This document shows positions 1 through 9,410 of a DNA stretch of 64,000 nt, in pieces. How positions within the stretch are numbered: position 1 is the stretch's first letter; each line of letters opens with the position of its first letter. The stretch is from Candidatus Latescibacterota bacterium (GTDB lineage Bacteria; Latescibacterota; UBA2968; UBA8231). The notes below the pieces were generated by a model. That model saw only the letters and a list, made by a program, of their open reading frames with translations, ran no database searches and was not told where the DNA came from. Location of the stretch: positions 1,824,001-1,888,000 of the forward strand of contig OZ252098.1 of the NCBI GenBank assembly GCA_965248355.1, in the 5' to 3' direction. A program made the position numbers and the translations under genes.

Positions 1-2
1 TG

Positions 3-3000
3 GGGACGACCTACACCTATTCGGTCACCGCCACGGCGCCCGCCGGCGACAATGAGAGTGCCCCAACCGCGGCCGACACACCGATCGATGTCGGCCCGCC
101 ACCTGCGGTTACGCTGACAGTCGACCAAGCCAGCCTGGGTGAGGGGGACGGTGTTGCGACGGTCACGGTGACGGCAACGCTGAGCAGGACATGGTCCCTC
201 AACACCCCGGTGGAATTGTCGATCTCGGATGCGGGTACGGCCGAACAGGCGGAAGGCCGCGACTACACGGCGGAATGGACGGGCCAGCTCACCATCGCTG
301 CCGGCGAATCGGAGGGCAGCGCGACCCTGTTGGTGTCCGTCAACGACGACAATCTGGCCGAGGGAGACATTGCCGAAACCATTCTACTCGAAGGGACCTC
401 CGCCGTATCAGGTGGCGCCAACGAGACGGCGGACCTGGACGTGGCGGGGACCGAGATCACCCTGACGGACAACGATGTGGCCCCCACGTCGATCACCCTG
501 ACGGTGGACACGGCCAACCTGGACGAGGGGGCCGGCGAGACGGCGGTAGAGGTGACGGCCACCCTGGGCGACGGCAGCACGGCCCTGCTCACCGATACCG
601 CCGTGGCCCTGTCCCTCTCAGGCACCCATGTGGACTTGGGGCCTGACTACGAGGCTTCCGAGGTCACCATCACCATTCCGGCCGAGCAAACCGGTGCCAG
701 CTCGACTCTGACACTCACGCCGAACGACGACAACTTGGCCGAAGGCGACGAAACCATCGAAGTGTCGGGTGCGGCCGACGGGTTCACCGTGGAGTCCGCC
801 TCGATCGGTCTGACCGACAACGACGTGGCGCCCACCTCCATCACCCTGGAGGTCGACGCCAGCACCTTCGGTGAAGGCGACGGCGACGCGACTATCACCG
901 TAACCGCTACCCTGGGCGACGGCAGCACCGCCCTGTTGAACGACACCGAGGTCGCCCTCGCAGTGGCCGAAAGCGACGAGAATGCCGCCGCTGCCGGCGC
1001 CGTGACCATCGCCGCACGAGAAACCTCCGCCAGCGGATCGATCACCCTGACGATCCTCGAGGAAAACCTCGTCGACGGCGACAAGACCATCGCCCTGGTG
1101 GGAACCGCCGCCGGCTACGACATCGGGGACATCGAACTGACCGTCACCGACAACGACGTGGCGCCCACCTCCATCACCCTGGAGGTCGACGCCAGCACCT
1201 TCGGTGAAGGCGACGGCGACGCGACTATCACCGTAACCGCTACCCTGGGCGACGGCAGCACCGCCCTGTTGAACGACACCGAGGTCGCCCTCGCAGTGGC
1301 CGAAAGCGACGAGAATGCCGCCGCTGCCGGCGCCGTGACCATCGCCGCACGAGAAACCTCCGCCAGCGGATCGATCACCCTGACGATCCTCGAGGAAAAC
1401 CTCGTCGACGGCGACAAGACCATCGCCCTCACCGGTACCGCCGCCGGCTATGACATCGGTGTCGTCGAGCTGACCGTCACCGACAACGACGTGCCGCCCA
1501 TCATCACGCTGGCGGTGGACAACAGCACCTTTGGTGAAGGCGACGGCGAAGCGACCCTGACCGTGACCGCCACCCTCAGCGACGGCAGCACCGCCCTGTT
1601 GAACGACACCGAGGTCGCTCTGGCCGTGGCCGAAAGCGACGAGAACGCCGCCGCGGCCGCCGCCGTGACCATCGCCGCCGGCGAGACCTCCGCCAGCGGA
1701 GCCCTGACGCTCACGCTCCTCGACGAGAACCTCGTCGACGGCGACAAGACCATCGCTCTCACCGGTACCGCCGCCGGCTATGACATCGGTGTCGTCGAGC
1801 TGACCGTCACCGACAACGACGTGGCCCCCACCACGATCACCCTGGAGGTCGACGCCAGCACCTTCGGCGAAGGCGACGGCGAGGCGACTATCACCGTAAC
1901 CGCTACACTGGGCGACGGCAGCACCGCCCTGTTGAACGACACCGAGGTCGCCCTGGCCGTGGCCGAAAGCGACGAGAACGCCGCCGCGGCCGCCGCCGTG
2001 ACCATCGCCGCCGGCGAGACCTCCGCCAGCGGAGCCCTGGCGCTCACGCTCCTCGACGAGAACCTCGTCGACGGCGACAAGACCATCGCCCTCACCGGTA
2101 CCGCCGCCGGCTATGACATCGGTGTCGTCGAGCTGACCGTCACCGACAACGACGTGCCGCCCATCATCACGCTGGCGGTGGACAACAGCACCTTTGGTGA
2201 AGGCGACGGCGAAGCGACCCTGACCGTGACCGCCACCCTCGGCGACGGCAGCACCGCCCTGTTGAACGACACCGAGGTCGCTCTGGCCGTGGCCGAAAGC
2301 GACGAGAACGCCGCCGCGGCCGCCGCCGTGACCATCGCCGCCGGCGAGACCTCCGCCAGCGGAGCCCTGACGCTCACGCTCCTCGACGAGAACCTCGTCG
2401 ACGGCGACAAGATCATCCTGCTCACCGGTACCGCCGGCGGGTTTGACATAGGTGTCGTCGAGCTGACCGTCACCGACAACGACGTGGCCCCCACCACGAT
2501 CACCCTGGAGGTCGTCGCCAGCACCTTCGGCGAAGGCGACGGCGAGGCGACTATCACCGTAACCGCTACACTGGGCGACGGCAGCACCGCCCTGTTGAAC
2601 GATACCGAAGTCGCTCTGGCCGTGGCCGAAAGCGACGAGAACGCCGCCGCGGCCGCCGCCGTGACCATCGCCGCCGGCGAGACCTCCGCCAGCGGAGCCC
2701 TGGTGCTCACGCTCAAGGAGGAGAACCTCGTCGACGGCGACAAGACCATCGCCCTCACCGGTACCGCCGCCGGCTACGACATCGGCGACGTCGAGTTGAC
2801 CGTCACCGACAACGACGTGGCTCCTACCTCCATCACCCTGGAGGTCGTCGCCAGCACCTTCGGCGAAGGCGATGGCGACGCGACTATCACCGTAACCGCC
2901 ACCCTGGGCGACGGCAGCACCGTCCTGTTGAACGATACCGAAGTCGCCCTGGCCGTGGCCGAAAGCGACGAGAACGCCGCCGCGGCCGCCGCCGTGACCA

Positions 3001-5519
3001 TCGCCGCCGGCGAGACCTCCGGCTCCGGGTCGATCACGCTGACGCTCCTGGACGAAGACCTCGTCGACGGCGACAAGACCATCGCCCTCACCGGTACCGC
3101 CGCCGGCTACGACATCGGCGACGTCGAGTTGACCGTCACCGACAACGACGTGGCTCCTACCTCCATCACCCTGGAGGTCGACACCAGCACCTTCGGTGAA
3201 GGCGACGGCGAAGCGACCCTGACCGTAACCGCCACCCTCGGCGACGGCAGCACCGCCCTGTTGAACGATACCGAAGTCGCCCTGGCCGTGGCCGAAAGCG
3301 ACGAGAACGCCGCCGCGGCCGCTGCCGTGACCATCGCCGCCGGCGAGACCTCCGCCAGCGGAGCCCTGGTGCTCACGCTCAAGGAGGAGAACCTCGTCGA
3401 CGGCGACAAGACCATCGCCCTCACCGGTACCGCCGCCGGCTACGACATCGGCGACGTCGAGTTGACCGTCACCGACAACGACGTGGCCCCAACGACGATC
3501 ACCCTCAGCGTCGACACGGACAGCTTTGACGAGGGTGACGGGGAAACGGCGGTGACTGTAATCGCCGTCCTGGGTGACGGCAGCACCGCCCTCTTGAACG
3601 ACACCCAGATCACTCTGTCCCTGTCGGGTACGGCCGAGGACGGCAGTGACTATACCGCTTCCATACCAACGATCACGGTCGAAGCCGAGCAGACCTCCGG
3701 CAGCGGCCTTCTGACACTGACGCCGCCCGACGAGCTCATTCCCGAGTACGAGGAAACCATCGTGGTGGAGGGGGCCGCGGACGGTTTTACCGTCGCGTCG
3801 GCGACGATTGCCATCACCGACAACGACGATGAGCCGACGGTGGTGAACCCCATCCCTGCCATGATTCTGTACGTGGGTGGAGCCGAAGGCGTCATGGAGC
3901 TCTCGGACAAGTACCGGGGTCTCGACATGACATACAGCGCGACCTCGTCGGCCCCGGGGGTTGCCACGGTCTCCGTGGAAGGTTCACAGGTAACCGTTTC
4001 GGCGGTGATAGAGGGTGAATCTTCAATTGAAGTCACCGCCATGAACACCATCGGTCCGGACGCCTCCCAGGCCTTTGCGGTTACCGTGATGACGGAGCCG
4101 AATGAGACGCAGATCGTCGGCGACGCCCTTGCGGCTATCGGCCGGACTACGCTCTCGAGTGTATCCTCCGCTATCGGCACCCGCTTCGCGACCAGGCCGA
4201 GTTCGACGATGATGACCCTGGCCGGCTACTCCCTGCTGAGCAAGGGGGGTGCGTCGCACCTGGGCGCCCGTGGCTTTGGGTTGCAGCCGGAGTTGCGCTA
4301 TGCTCAGGCCTCCCGGAACGAGATGTCCTGGAAACAGGCCTTGCGCAACACCTCCTTCGCGGTTCCCATGGGTGAGGGCGGCGGCTCCGATCCGGTCCTG
4401 CCGAACTGGACTCTGTGGGGGCTCGGTGATTACAACACTTTCGAGGGGACGCCGGACTACGGAAGCCACAGCGGCACCGTGACGTCGGTGTACCTGGGTG
4501 TCGACAAGAGCGTGGCCCAGCGCGCCCAGTTGGGTGTTACGGTCTCCTATAGCATGGGAGAGACCGACTACGACTTCGAGGGCGATGGCGCCAGTGGCTC
4601 CGGTGCCTTGACCACGGTCCTGACGAGCGTGTATCCCTACCTGCGCTTCGCACCGAGTGCCGGAATGGATATCTGGGCCCTCGGCGGCGTGGGCGCAGGT
4701 ACCGCAGAAAACGAACGAGGCGTCACTTCCACAACGGAAGAGAGCGACCTGTCCATGACCCTGGGGTTGTTGGGAGCACGACAGTCATTGGGTACCATGG
4801 GCGGACTGGACATGGCGCTGCGCGGCGACGCCGGCATGGTGAATCTCTCCACGGCCGAAGGGGAAGGCGTGATCGCCGACCAGGCCGTGGCCGCCCAGCG
4901 CTTCCGCCTGGGCGTCGAGGGAGGGCACACCTTCCAGATGGCCAGTTGCGCGAAGGTGACGCCCTACGGCGAGTTGAGCGGCCGCTTTGACGGCGGCGAC
5001 GGTCAGACCGGCGGCGGACTCGAGGCTGCGGGCGGTTTCCGCTACGAGTGCCCGAGGTCGCGTTTCCGCTTTGAGGCCCGGGGCCGCATCCTGTCGCTGA
5101 ATTCGGCCTACTCGGAGAGTGGTGGAAGCGTGATGGCCAGCTATTCGCCGGGAGCGGACGGCCTTGGCTTGTCCATGGCGCTGGCTCCGCACTGGGGCGC
5201 CGCCGGCGGTGGAGCCCAGGCGCTGTGGCGCGACGATTCGTTCCGGACGATCGGTCGTCTCGGGTCCAGGGATGACTGGTCCATGGACGCCCAGGTCGGC
5301 TACGGCATGCGGGTCCAGCCCTTGCCGGGCGTACTGACGCCCTTTGCCCAGTTCATGCCCGCCGGGACTGGAGAGCAGATGCGCCTTGGGGTCCGCTTCG
5401 AAGGCCTGGGAGGTACCGCCTTCGAAATGCTTGACCTCAACGTCTCCGCAGGCCGGGTCGATCGTCGTCAGCGCTACGCCGAGCACCGCGTGGACGTAAG
5501 GGGCGCCATGTACTTCTAG
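3..5519 (+). CDS. Giant surface adhesin/autotransporter: FN3-like end, about 11 Calx-beta/Ig-like repeats, cadherin-like domain, C-terminal beta-barrel (5' end outside window)
   Basis: Frame is open from base 3 (GTTYTYSVTATAPAGDNESAP, FN3-like), so 168 is not the true start. Acidic repeats TDNDVAPTSITL...DDNLAEGDETI. Barrel-like C-terminal region (WTLWGLGDYNTF, SVYPYLRF, TPYGELSGRFDGGDGQTGGGLE) ending in Phe (GAMYF). Confidence 0.85.
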   Translation, partial: GTTYTYSVTATAPAGDNESAPTAADTPIDVGPPPAVTLTVDQASLGEGDGVATVTVTATLSRTWSLNTPVELSISDAGTAEQAEGRDYTAEWTGQLTIAAGESEGSATLLVSVNDDNLAEGDIAETILLEGTSAVSGGANETADLDVAGTEITLTDNDVAPTSITLTVDTANLDEGAGETAVEVTATLGDGSTALLTDTAVALSLSGTHVDLGPDYEASEVTITIPAEQTGASSTLTLTPNDDNLAEGDETIEVSGAADGFTVESASIGLTDNDVAPTSITLEVDASTFGEGDGDATITVTATLGDGSTALLNDTEVALAVAESDENAAAAGAVTIAARETSASGSITLTILEENLVDGDKTIALVGTAAGYDIGDIELTVTDNDVAPTSITLEVDASTFGEGDGDATITVTATLGDGSTALLNDTEVALAVAESDENAAAAGAVTIAARETSASGSITLTILEENLVDGDKTIALTGTAAGYDIGVVELTVTDNDVPPIITLAVDNSTFGEGDGEATLTVTATLSDGSTALLNDTEVALAVAESDENAAAAAAVTIAAGETSASGALTLTLLDENLVDGDKTIALTGTAAGYDIGVVELTVTDNDVAPTTITLEVDASTFGEGDGEATITVTATLGDGSTALLNDTEVALAVAESDENAAAAAAVTIAAGETSASGALALTLLDENLVDGDKTIALTGTAAGYDIGVVELTVTDNDVPPIITLAVDNSTFGEGDGEATLTVTATLGDGSTALLNDTEVALAVAESDENAAAAAAVTIAAGETSASGALTLTLLDENLVDGDKIILLTGTAGGFDIGVVELTVTDNDVAPTTITLEVVASTFGEGDGEATITVTATLGDGSTALLNDTEVALAVAESDENAAAAAAVTIAAGETSASGALVLTLKEENLVDGDKTIALTGTAAGYDIGDVELTVTDNDVAPTSITLEVVASTFGEGDGDATITVTATLGDGSTVLLNDTEVALAVAESDENAAAAAAVTIAAGETSGSGSITLTLLDEDLVDGDKTIALTGTAAGYDIGDVELTVTDNDVAPTSITLEVDTSTFGEGDGEATLTVTATLGDGSTALLNDTEVALAVAESDENAAAAAAVTIAAGETSASGALVLTLKEENLVDGDKTIALTGTAAGYDIGDVELTVTDNDVAPTTITLSVDTDSFDEGDGETAVTVIAVLGDGSTALLNDTQITLSLSGTAEDGSDYTASIPTITVEAEQTSGSGLLTLTPPDELIPEYEETIVVEGAADGFTVASATIAITDNDDEPTVVNPIPAMILYVGGAEGVMELSDKYRGLDMTYSATSSAPGVATVSVEGSQVTVSAVIEGESSIEVTAMNTIGPDASQAFAVTVMTEPNETQIVGDALAAIGRTTLSSVSSAIGTRFATRPSSTMMTLAGYSLLSKGGASHLGARGFGLQPELRYAQASRNEMSWKQALRNTSFAVPMGEGGGSDPVLPNWTLWGLGDYNTFEGTPDYGSHSGTVTSVYLGVDKSVAQRAQLGVTVSYSMGETDYDFEGDGASGSGALTTVLTSVYPYLRFAPSAGMDIWALGGVGAGTAENERGVTSTTEESDLSMTLGLLGARQSLGTMGGLDMALRGDAGMVNLSTAEGEGVIADQAVAAQRFRLGVEGGHTFQMASCAKVTPYGELSGRFDGGDGQTGGGLEAAGGFRYECPRSRFRFEARGRILSLNSAYSESGGSVMASYSPGADGLGLSMALAPHWGAAGGGAQALWRDDSFRTIGRLGSRDDWSMDAQVGYGMRVQPLPGVLTPFAQFMPAGTGEQMRLGVRFEGLGGTAFEMLDLNVSAGRVDRRQRYAEHRVDVRGAMYF
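813..3470 (+). repeat. Eight near-identical in-frame tandem repeats of 333/330 bp
   Basis: accgacaacgacgtg recurs at 813, 1146, 1479, 1809, 2142, 2472, 2805, 3138 and 3471 (spacings 333,333,330,333,330,333,333,333). More diverged units flank the array. Confidence 0.95.
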
Positions 5520-5537
5520 CCCGCGCGCGAAATCCGT

Positions 5538-5595
5538 CAGAACTGAGGATACCCCTGAGGGAAGAGCAGCTCCCTCAGGGGTATCCTCAGTTCTG
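5538..5595. terminator. Perfect 25-bp inverted repeat with 8-nt loop between convergent genes; probable bidirectional terminator
   Basis: cagaactgaggatacccctgaggga (5538-5562) - agagcagc - tccctcaggggtatcctcagttctg (5571-5595). No U-tract on either side. Confidence 0.7.
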
Positions 5596-5605
5596 GGCGG
5601 TACTG

Positions 5606-5944
5606 TCAGCCCTCGCCCGCCGTCTCCGTCGTCAGGCGGGCGAGGATCCCCACGGCCATGGGTCCCGCCCTTACCGCGAGGACGGAAGCGTCCTGACGCC
5701 CCATGGCCGCCGTCAGGGGCGCCAGCGAGGGACAGCGGAATACCCTCGCCCCGCCCTGCTCCAGCCGCGCGAGTTCCTTCTGGGTGTTGGCGGAGACCGT
5801 GGCCTCCACGAATACCAGGGCCAGACCCCGGGTCCTTCGCACCGCCGACAGACCCACGACGACGGCCCCGGAGCGGGCCCCCAGCCCGATCAGGGACGAG
5901 GCCCGGGCGACGACCTGAGGGCTCACCTCCTCCAAGCCCGGCAC
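5606..5944 (-). CDS. L7Ae/L30e/YlxQ-like RNA-binding protein
   Basis: SSLIGLGARSGAVVVGLSAV...LVFVEATVSANT...LTAAMGRQDASVLAV matches the L7Ae/YlxQ pattern. Confidence 0.65.
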   Translation of the reverse strand: MPGLEEVSPQVVARASSLIGLGARSGAVVVGLSAVRRTRGLALVFVEATVSANTQKELARLEQGGARVFRCPSLAPLTAAMGRQDASVLAVRAGPMAVGILARLTTETAGEG

Positions 5945-5948
5945 CCGC

Positions 5949-6968
5949 CTACTCGAAAGCCGGCTTCACCGGCATGCCGCCCTTGCGCAGGGCCGAGATG
6001 TTGGCGGCCTCCAGCACGCCGATGACCCGCGCCGCCGACTCCGGGGTGACGGCCAGGGGGGCCCGGCCCCGCAGGTGGCGCCCCACGTTTTCGTAGTAGG
6101 CGTCCCAGCTGAACTCCGTCGGCGTTCGGCATTCCTGTGTCTGGCGGCCCTCTACAATCGCCTTGACCAGATAGGCGCCGTTGTCCACCGCTTCGATCGA
6201 GCCCTGCTCTCCGAGGATCCTCCACTTCGGCCGTGACGACATGGCCAGGTTCGAGATCATCAGGCTTGCCCTGCATCCCCCCTTGAACTTCAGCGTGTAC
6301 TCGGAGTGGTCCTCGTTCGTGTAGTCACCCTCCCACTCCCTGCTCTTCACCTGGTAGCCGCTCACCCAGTCGATGTCGTCCTGCACCAGGTTCAGGATCC
6401 AGTCCGTGAAGTGGGCGCCCCAGTCATAGATGGCTCCGCCGGAGATCCTTCTGTCCGCCCGCCACCAGTCCTGTTGCTTGCCGTACCCCCCGAACCCGGC
6501 CTCGATGCGGAAGACCCGGCCGATGATCCCCTCCTCCTGGATCAGGTCGCGCAGGAGCAGGAAATCCCCGTCCCAGCGCCGGTTGTGGAAGGTGGAGAGC
6601 ATCACACGGTGACGGCGAGACGCGGCCAGCATGGCCTTCACCTCTCGCGAGGTGACCGCCATCGGCTTCTCGCACACGGCCCCGACCCCGGCCTCGAGGA
6701 CCTGCAGGGCAAGCCTGGCGTGGGTGTTGTGGGGGGTGATGATGGCCACCAGGTCCAGACCGGCACGGCGCAGCATGTCGCCCGGACGGGCGTAAGTGGC
6801 AATCCCCCGGAAGTCCTGCTCCGCCGCCAGGCGGCGCCCGCGGTCCAGATCGCAGACGGCGGCGGCGACCATGCCCGCCTTCCGCATCGACGCCAGATGA
6901 GCGCGGCCCATGTTGAAAGCACCGCCATATCCGATGACGCCGCAGCGAAAGCCTCCTTCCGATGGCAT
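5949..6968 (-). CDS. Gfo/Idh/MocA family oxidoreductase
   Basis: GVIGYGG Rossmann motif, CEKP, NRRWD, GGAIYDWGAH. Start moved to ATG 6968, which has a GGAG RBS. Confidence 0.9.
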   Translation of the reverse strand: MPSEGGFRCGVIGYGGAFNMGRAHLASMRKAGMVAAAVCDLDRGRRLAAEQDFRGIATYARPGDMLRRAGLDLVAIITPHNTHARLALQVLEAGVGAVCEKPMAVTSREVKAMLAASRRHRVMLSTFHNRRWDGDFLLLRDLIQEEGIIGRVFRIEAGFGGYGKQQDWWRADRRISGGAIYDWGAHFTDWILNLVQDDIDWVSGYQVKSREWEGDYTNEDHSEYTLKFKGGCRASLMISNLAMSSRPKWRILGEQGSIEAVDNGAYLVKAIVEGRQTQECRTPTEFSWDAYYENVGRHLRGRAPLAVTPESAARVIGVLEAANISALRKGGMPVKPAFE

Positions 6969-7085
6969 GTCCACTCCGTGATTCTGAGGAACGGTCGAAC
7001 CGAGGCTTGCTAGAAAGGGGAATCCTGCGAGGGCCGTCAAACGCCGGACCATCGGCCGCGCCCCGGGCGGCCCCGGCCCTTACAT

Positions 7086-8123
7086 TTGCCCCCAGTGGTT
7101 CCAGTGACCCACGCAGAGGATCGCTGCTTGAAGCCCTTCCTCCCCGGCGCCGACCGGCTCGACACCGATCTGGCCGAGGCTCTGCGAGCAGACCGCCTCC
7201 ACTCCCTCCTTCTCCTCGAGATCCGTCAGGAGTCCCCGGAAACGGCGGAGGGAGACCGGAGGCTGGACCTCCTGCGGAGCCTGGCCCAGGGTTCCGCCTA
7301 TCGACTCGGAGCGGATCGCTTCGCCCTGCTCAATCTCCCCGTGGACCGGGCCGCCTCAACCTCCGCCATCCGCCGTCTCTCCGAACCGACGCTGCCGGAC
7401 CGGGCGACCCTCTGCGGGGGCGGTGTCGCCGTCGATCCAGCGTGGCTGACCCCCGGCGACGAGACCGTGCGCGTCCTCCTCGACGCCGCTGCGCGGCTGT
7501 TGGCTCTCTCCAGGCAACGGGGCGGAAACCGGATCTTGTGGATCGGCCGGGAGCACGCCGCATCTTCGGACCAGGACAGAGTGGCCGAGAGGCTGTTCCG
7601 GGATCTGGCCAGGGTGAACGCCTCCAGGGCCCGGCAGCTGGAGATCGATTCACGGGTCGATCCGCTCACCGGCCTCTACAACCGGAGGGGATTCGACGAG
7701 ATCTTCTCTCGAATGGTGGAGACCGCCCGGCGCGCCAACCGTCCCCTGGGGTTGTTGTTCCTCGACTGCGACACCCTCAAGGAGATCAACGACGAGGGCG
7801 GTCACGAGGCCGGGGACCGATTCATCCTCGACCTGGGCAGGGTCCTGCGCAGCGTGGTCAGGGGCTCGGACTTCATCGTGCGCTGGGGCGCCGATGAGTT
7901 CGCCGTCGCCCTGGAGAGCGGCGAGACCAGCTCGGCCATGGCCCTGGCCGAGCGCCTGCGCACCGAGGTGGAGGCCCGCACGGAAGGCACCGTCTCCATC
8001 GGGATCTACAGCGGGGTACCCGTCGACACCGCCGAGGCCGTGGGGGCCGCGGACGCCGCCATGTACGAAGCCAAGGAGCTGGGAAGGAACGTCGTCGTCA
8101 CCCACAGCCAGGACCCGCCGTAG
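7086..8123 (+). CDS. GGDEF-domain protein (diguanylate cyclase-like) with a degenerate N-terminal GGDEF-like domain
   Basis: DPLTGLYNRR, DCDTLKEIND, RGSD I-site, RWGADEF, AMYEAKELGRN. Start uncertain. Confidence 0.85.
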   Translation: MPPVVPVTHAEDRCLKPFLPGADRLDTDLAEALRADRLHSLLLLEIRQESPETAEGDRRLDLLRSLAQGSAYRLGADRFALLNLPVDRAASTSAIRRLSEPTLPDRATLCGGGVAVDPAWLTPGDETVRVLLDAAARLLALSRQRGGNRILWIGREHAASSDQDRVAERLFRDLARVNASRARQLEIDSRVDPLTGLYNRRGFDEIFSRMVETARRANRPLGLLFLDCDTLKEINDEGGHEAGDRFILDLGRVLRSVVRGSDFIVRWGADEFAVALESGETSSAMALAERLRTEVEARTEGTVSIGIYSGVPVDTAEAVGAADAAMYEAKELGRNVVVTHSQDPP

Positions 8124-8159
8124 CCGACTTCAGACCATCGATGCGGACCCCCGCCGGTC

Positions 8160-9245
8160 CTACCTGGAGAGCATGGCCACGCAGACCGGTTTCGGGACCG
8201 CCACCTGCACGCCCGTGGAGGTCAGGGCGCCCGAGTCCCCGTCGATGCGGAACAGGCTCACACAGTCGCTCTGGTAGTTCGCCGCCAGGAGGAACTGCGC
8301 CGTCGGATCGATGCCCAGATTCCACGGCCAGCTTCCCTGGGCCGGTTCGTGGCCGGCGATCTCCACGGAGCCGCTGGCCTCGTCCACGGCGAACACGGCG
8401 ATGCTGTCATGGCCGCGGTTGGAAGTGTAGAGATAGCGCCCCGACGGCAGGATCTTGACGTCGGCGGCGTGGTTGTGACCGGTGAATGCGGGGGGCAGGG
8501 CCGGTACCGTCTGGCGCTCGGTCAGGCGGCCCGTGTCCGGGTCGAAGTCGAAGACGGACAGGGTGCTGTCGAGCTCGTTGAGCACGTAGGCCACGGACCG
8601 CCGGGGGTGAAAGGCGATATGTCTCGGGCCGGCACCGGGCCGGCTGGAGACCGCGGGCGGATCGGCCGGACTCAGACCGCCCTCTTCCGAGAGTCCGTAT
8701 ACCCGCACCTCGTCCGTCCCCAGGTCGGCGGCCAGGGCCCACCTGCCGGTGGGATCGAGGACCATGCAGTGAACGTGGGGACCCTCCTGTCGTTCCTCGT
8801 CGAGGCTCGATCCCTCGTGCTGAGCGGTCGCCGTGAGAGGGCGGAGTCCCCCGGCCCGGATCGGCAGGACGGCGACGCCGCCGGAGTTGTAGTTCCCGGT
8901 CAGCAGGAATCGCCCGCCGAGGTCGAGGTCGATGTAGCACGGCAGGGTGCCCCCGGAGGGCTGCCGTCCGAGGAAGGTCAGGCGGCCCGTCGAAGGGTCG
9001 AGATCGAAGGCGCTCACCGCCCCCTGGGGGACGCCGTCGCACTCGTCGAGGGCGTTGGCGGCGTAGAGCCGCCGTCCGGCGGCGTCGATGCGCAGGTAGA
9101 ACGGGGTCGGCACACCCGGCGTCTTTCCCGCCGGTTCCAGCGAGCCCGAGGAAGGATCGAGCAGGAAATGGTGGATCCCTTCGCCGGGATCCTCGTTGTA
9201 GGTCCCCACGTAGACGAGGACCTCCGCCTTCGAATCAGCTGACAT
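8160..9245 (-). CDS. Lactonase family protein (6-phosphogluconolactonase / cycloisomerase beta-propeller)
   Basis: VYVGTY, RQEGPHVH, ADLGTD, GAGPRH, SNRGHDSI, ANYQSD. Start at ATG 9245 (MSADSK) after GGAG. Confidence 0.9.
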   Translation of the reverse strand: MSADSKAEVLVYVGTYNEDPGEGIHHFLLDPSSGSLEPAGKTPGVPTPFYLRIDAAGRRLYAANALDECDGVPQGAVSAFDLDPSTGRLTFLGRQPSGGTLPCYIDLDLGGRFLLTGNYNSGGVAVLPIRAGGLRPLTATAQHEGSSLDEERQEGPHVHCMVLDPTGRWALAADLGTDEVRVYGLSEEGGLSPADPPAVSSRPGAGPRHIAFHPRRSVAYVLNELDSTLSVFDFDPDTGRLTERQTVPALPPAFTGHNHAADVKILPSGRYLYTSNRGHDSIAVFAVDEASGSVEIAGHEPAQGSWPWNLGIDPTAQFLLAANYQSDCVSLFRIDGDSGALTSTGVQVAVPKPVCVAMLSR

Positions 9246-9410
9246 CGTCTCTCCCCCTGGAGAATGCCGCAGGTGCTCCGGTATCCTCTCCTTGCGTTCC
9301 CCCTGGCCGGGGACGCACCTTACGCCCCGGACCGGTCGACCCATCCTCCCGCATGGGGGTCTCGAATCAACACCGCCCGCCCTGCCGGGGTCAACAGAAG
9401 GAGAGATGCC

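Noticed and set aside
263..3424. Series of ~105-aa minus-strand ORFs (MRAMVLSPSTR...)
   Set aside because: They are antisense shadows of the adhesin repeats.
813..3470. CRISPR array or DGR suggested by the long repeats
   Set aside because: The units are 330/333-bp in-frame coding repeats with no unique spacers. There is no cas or reverse transcriptase gene and no adenine-specific variation.
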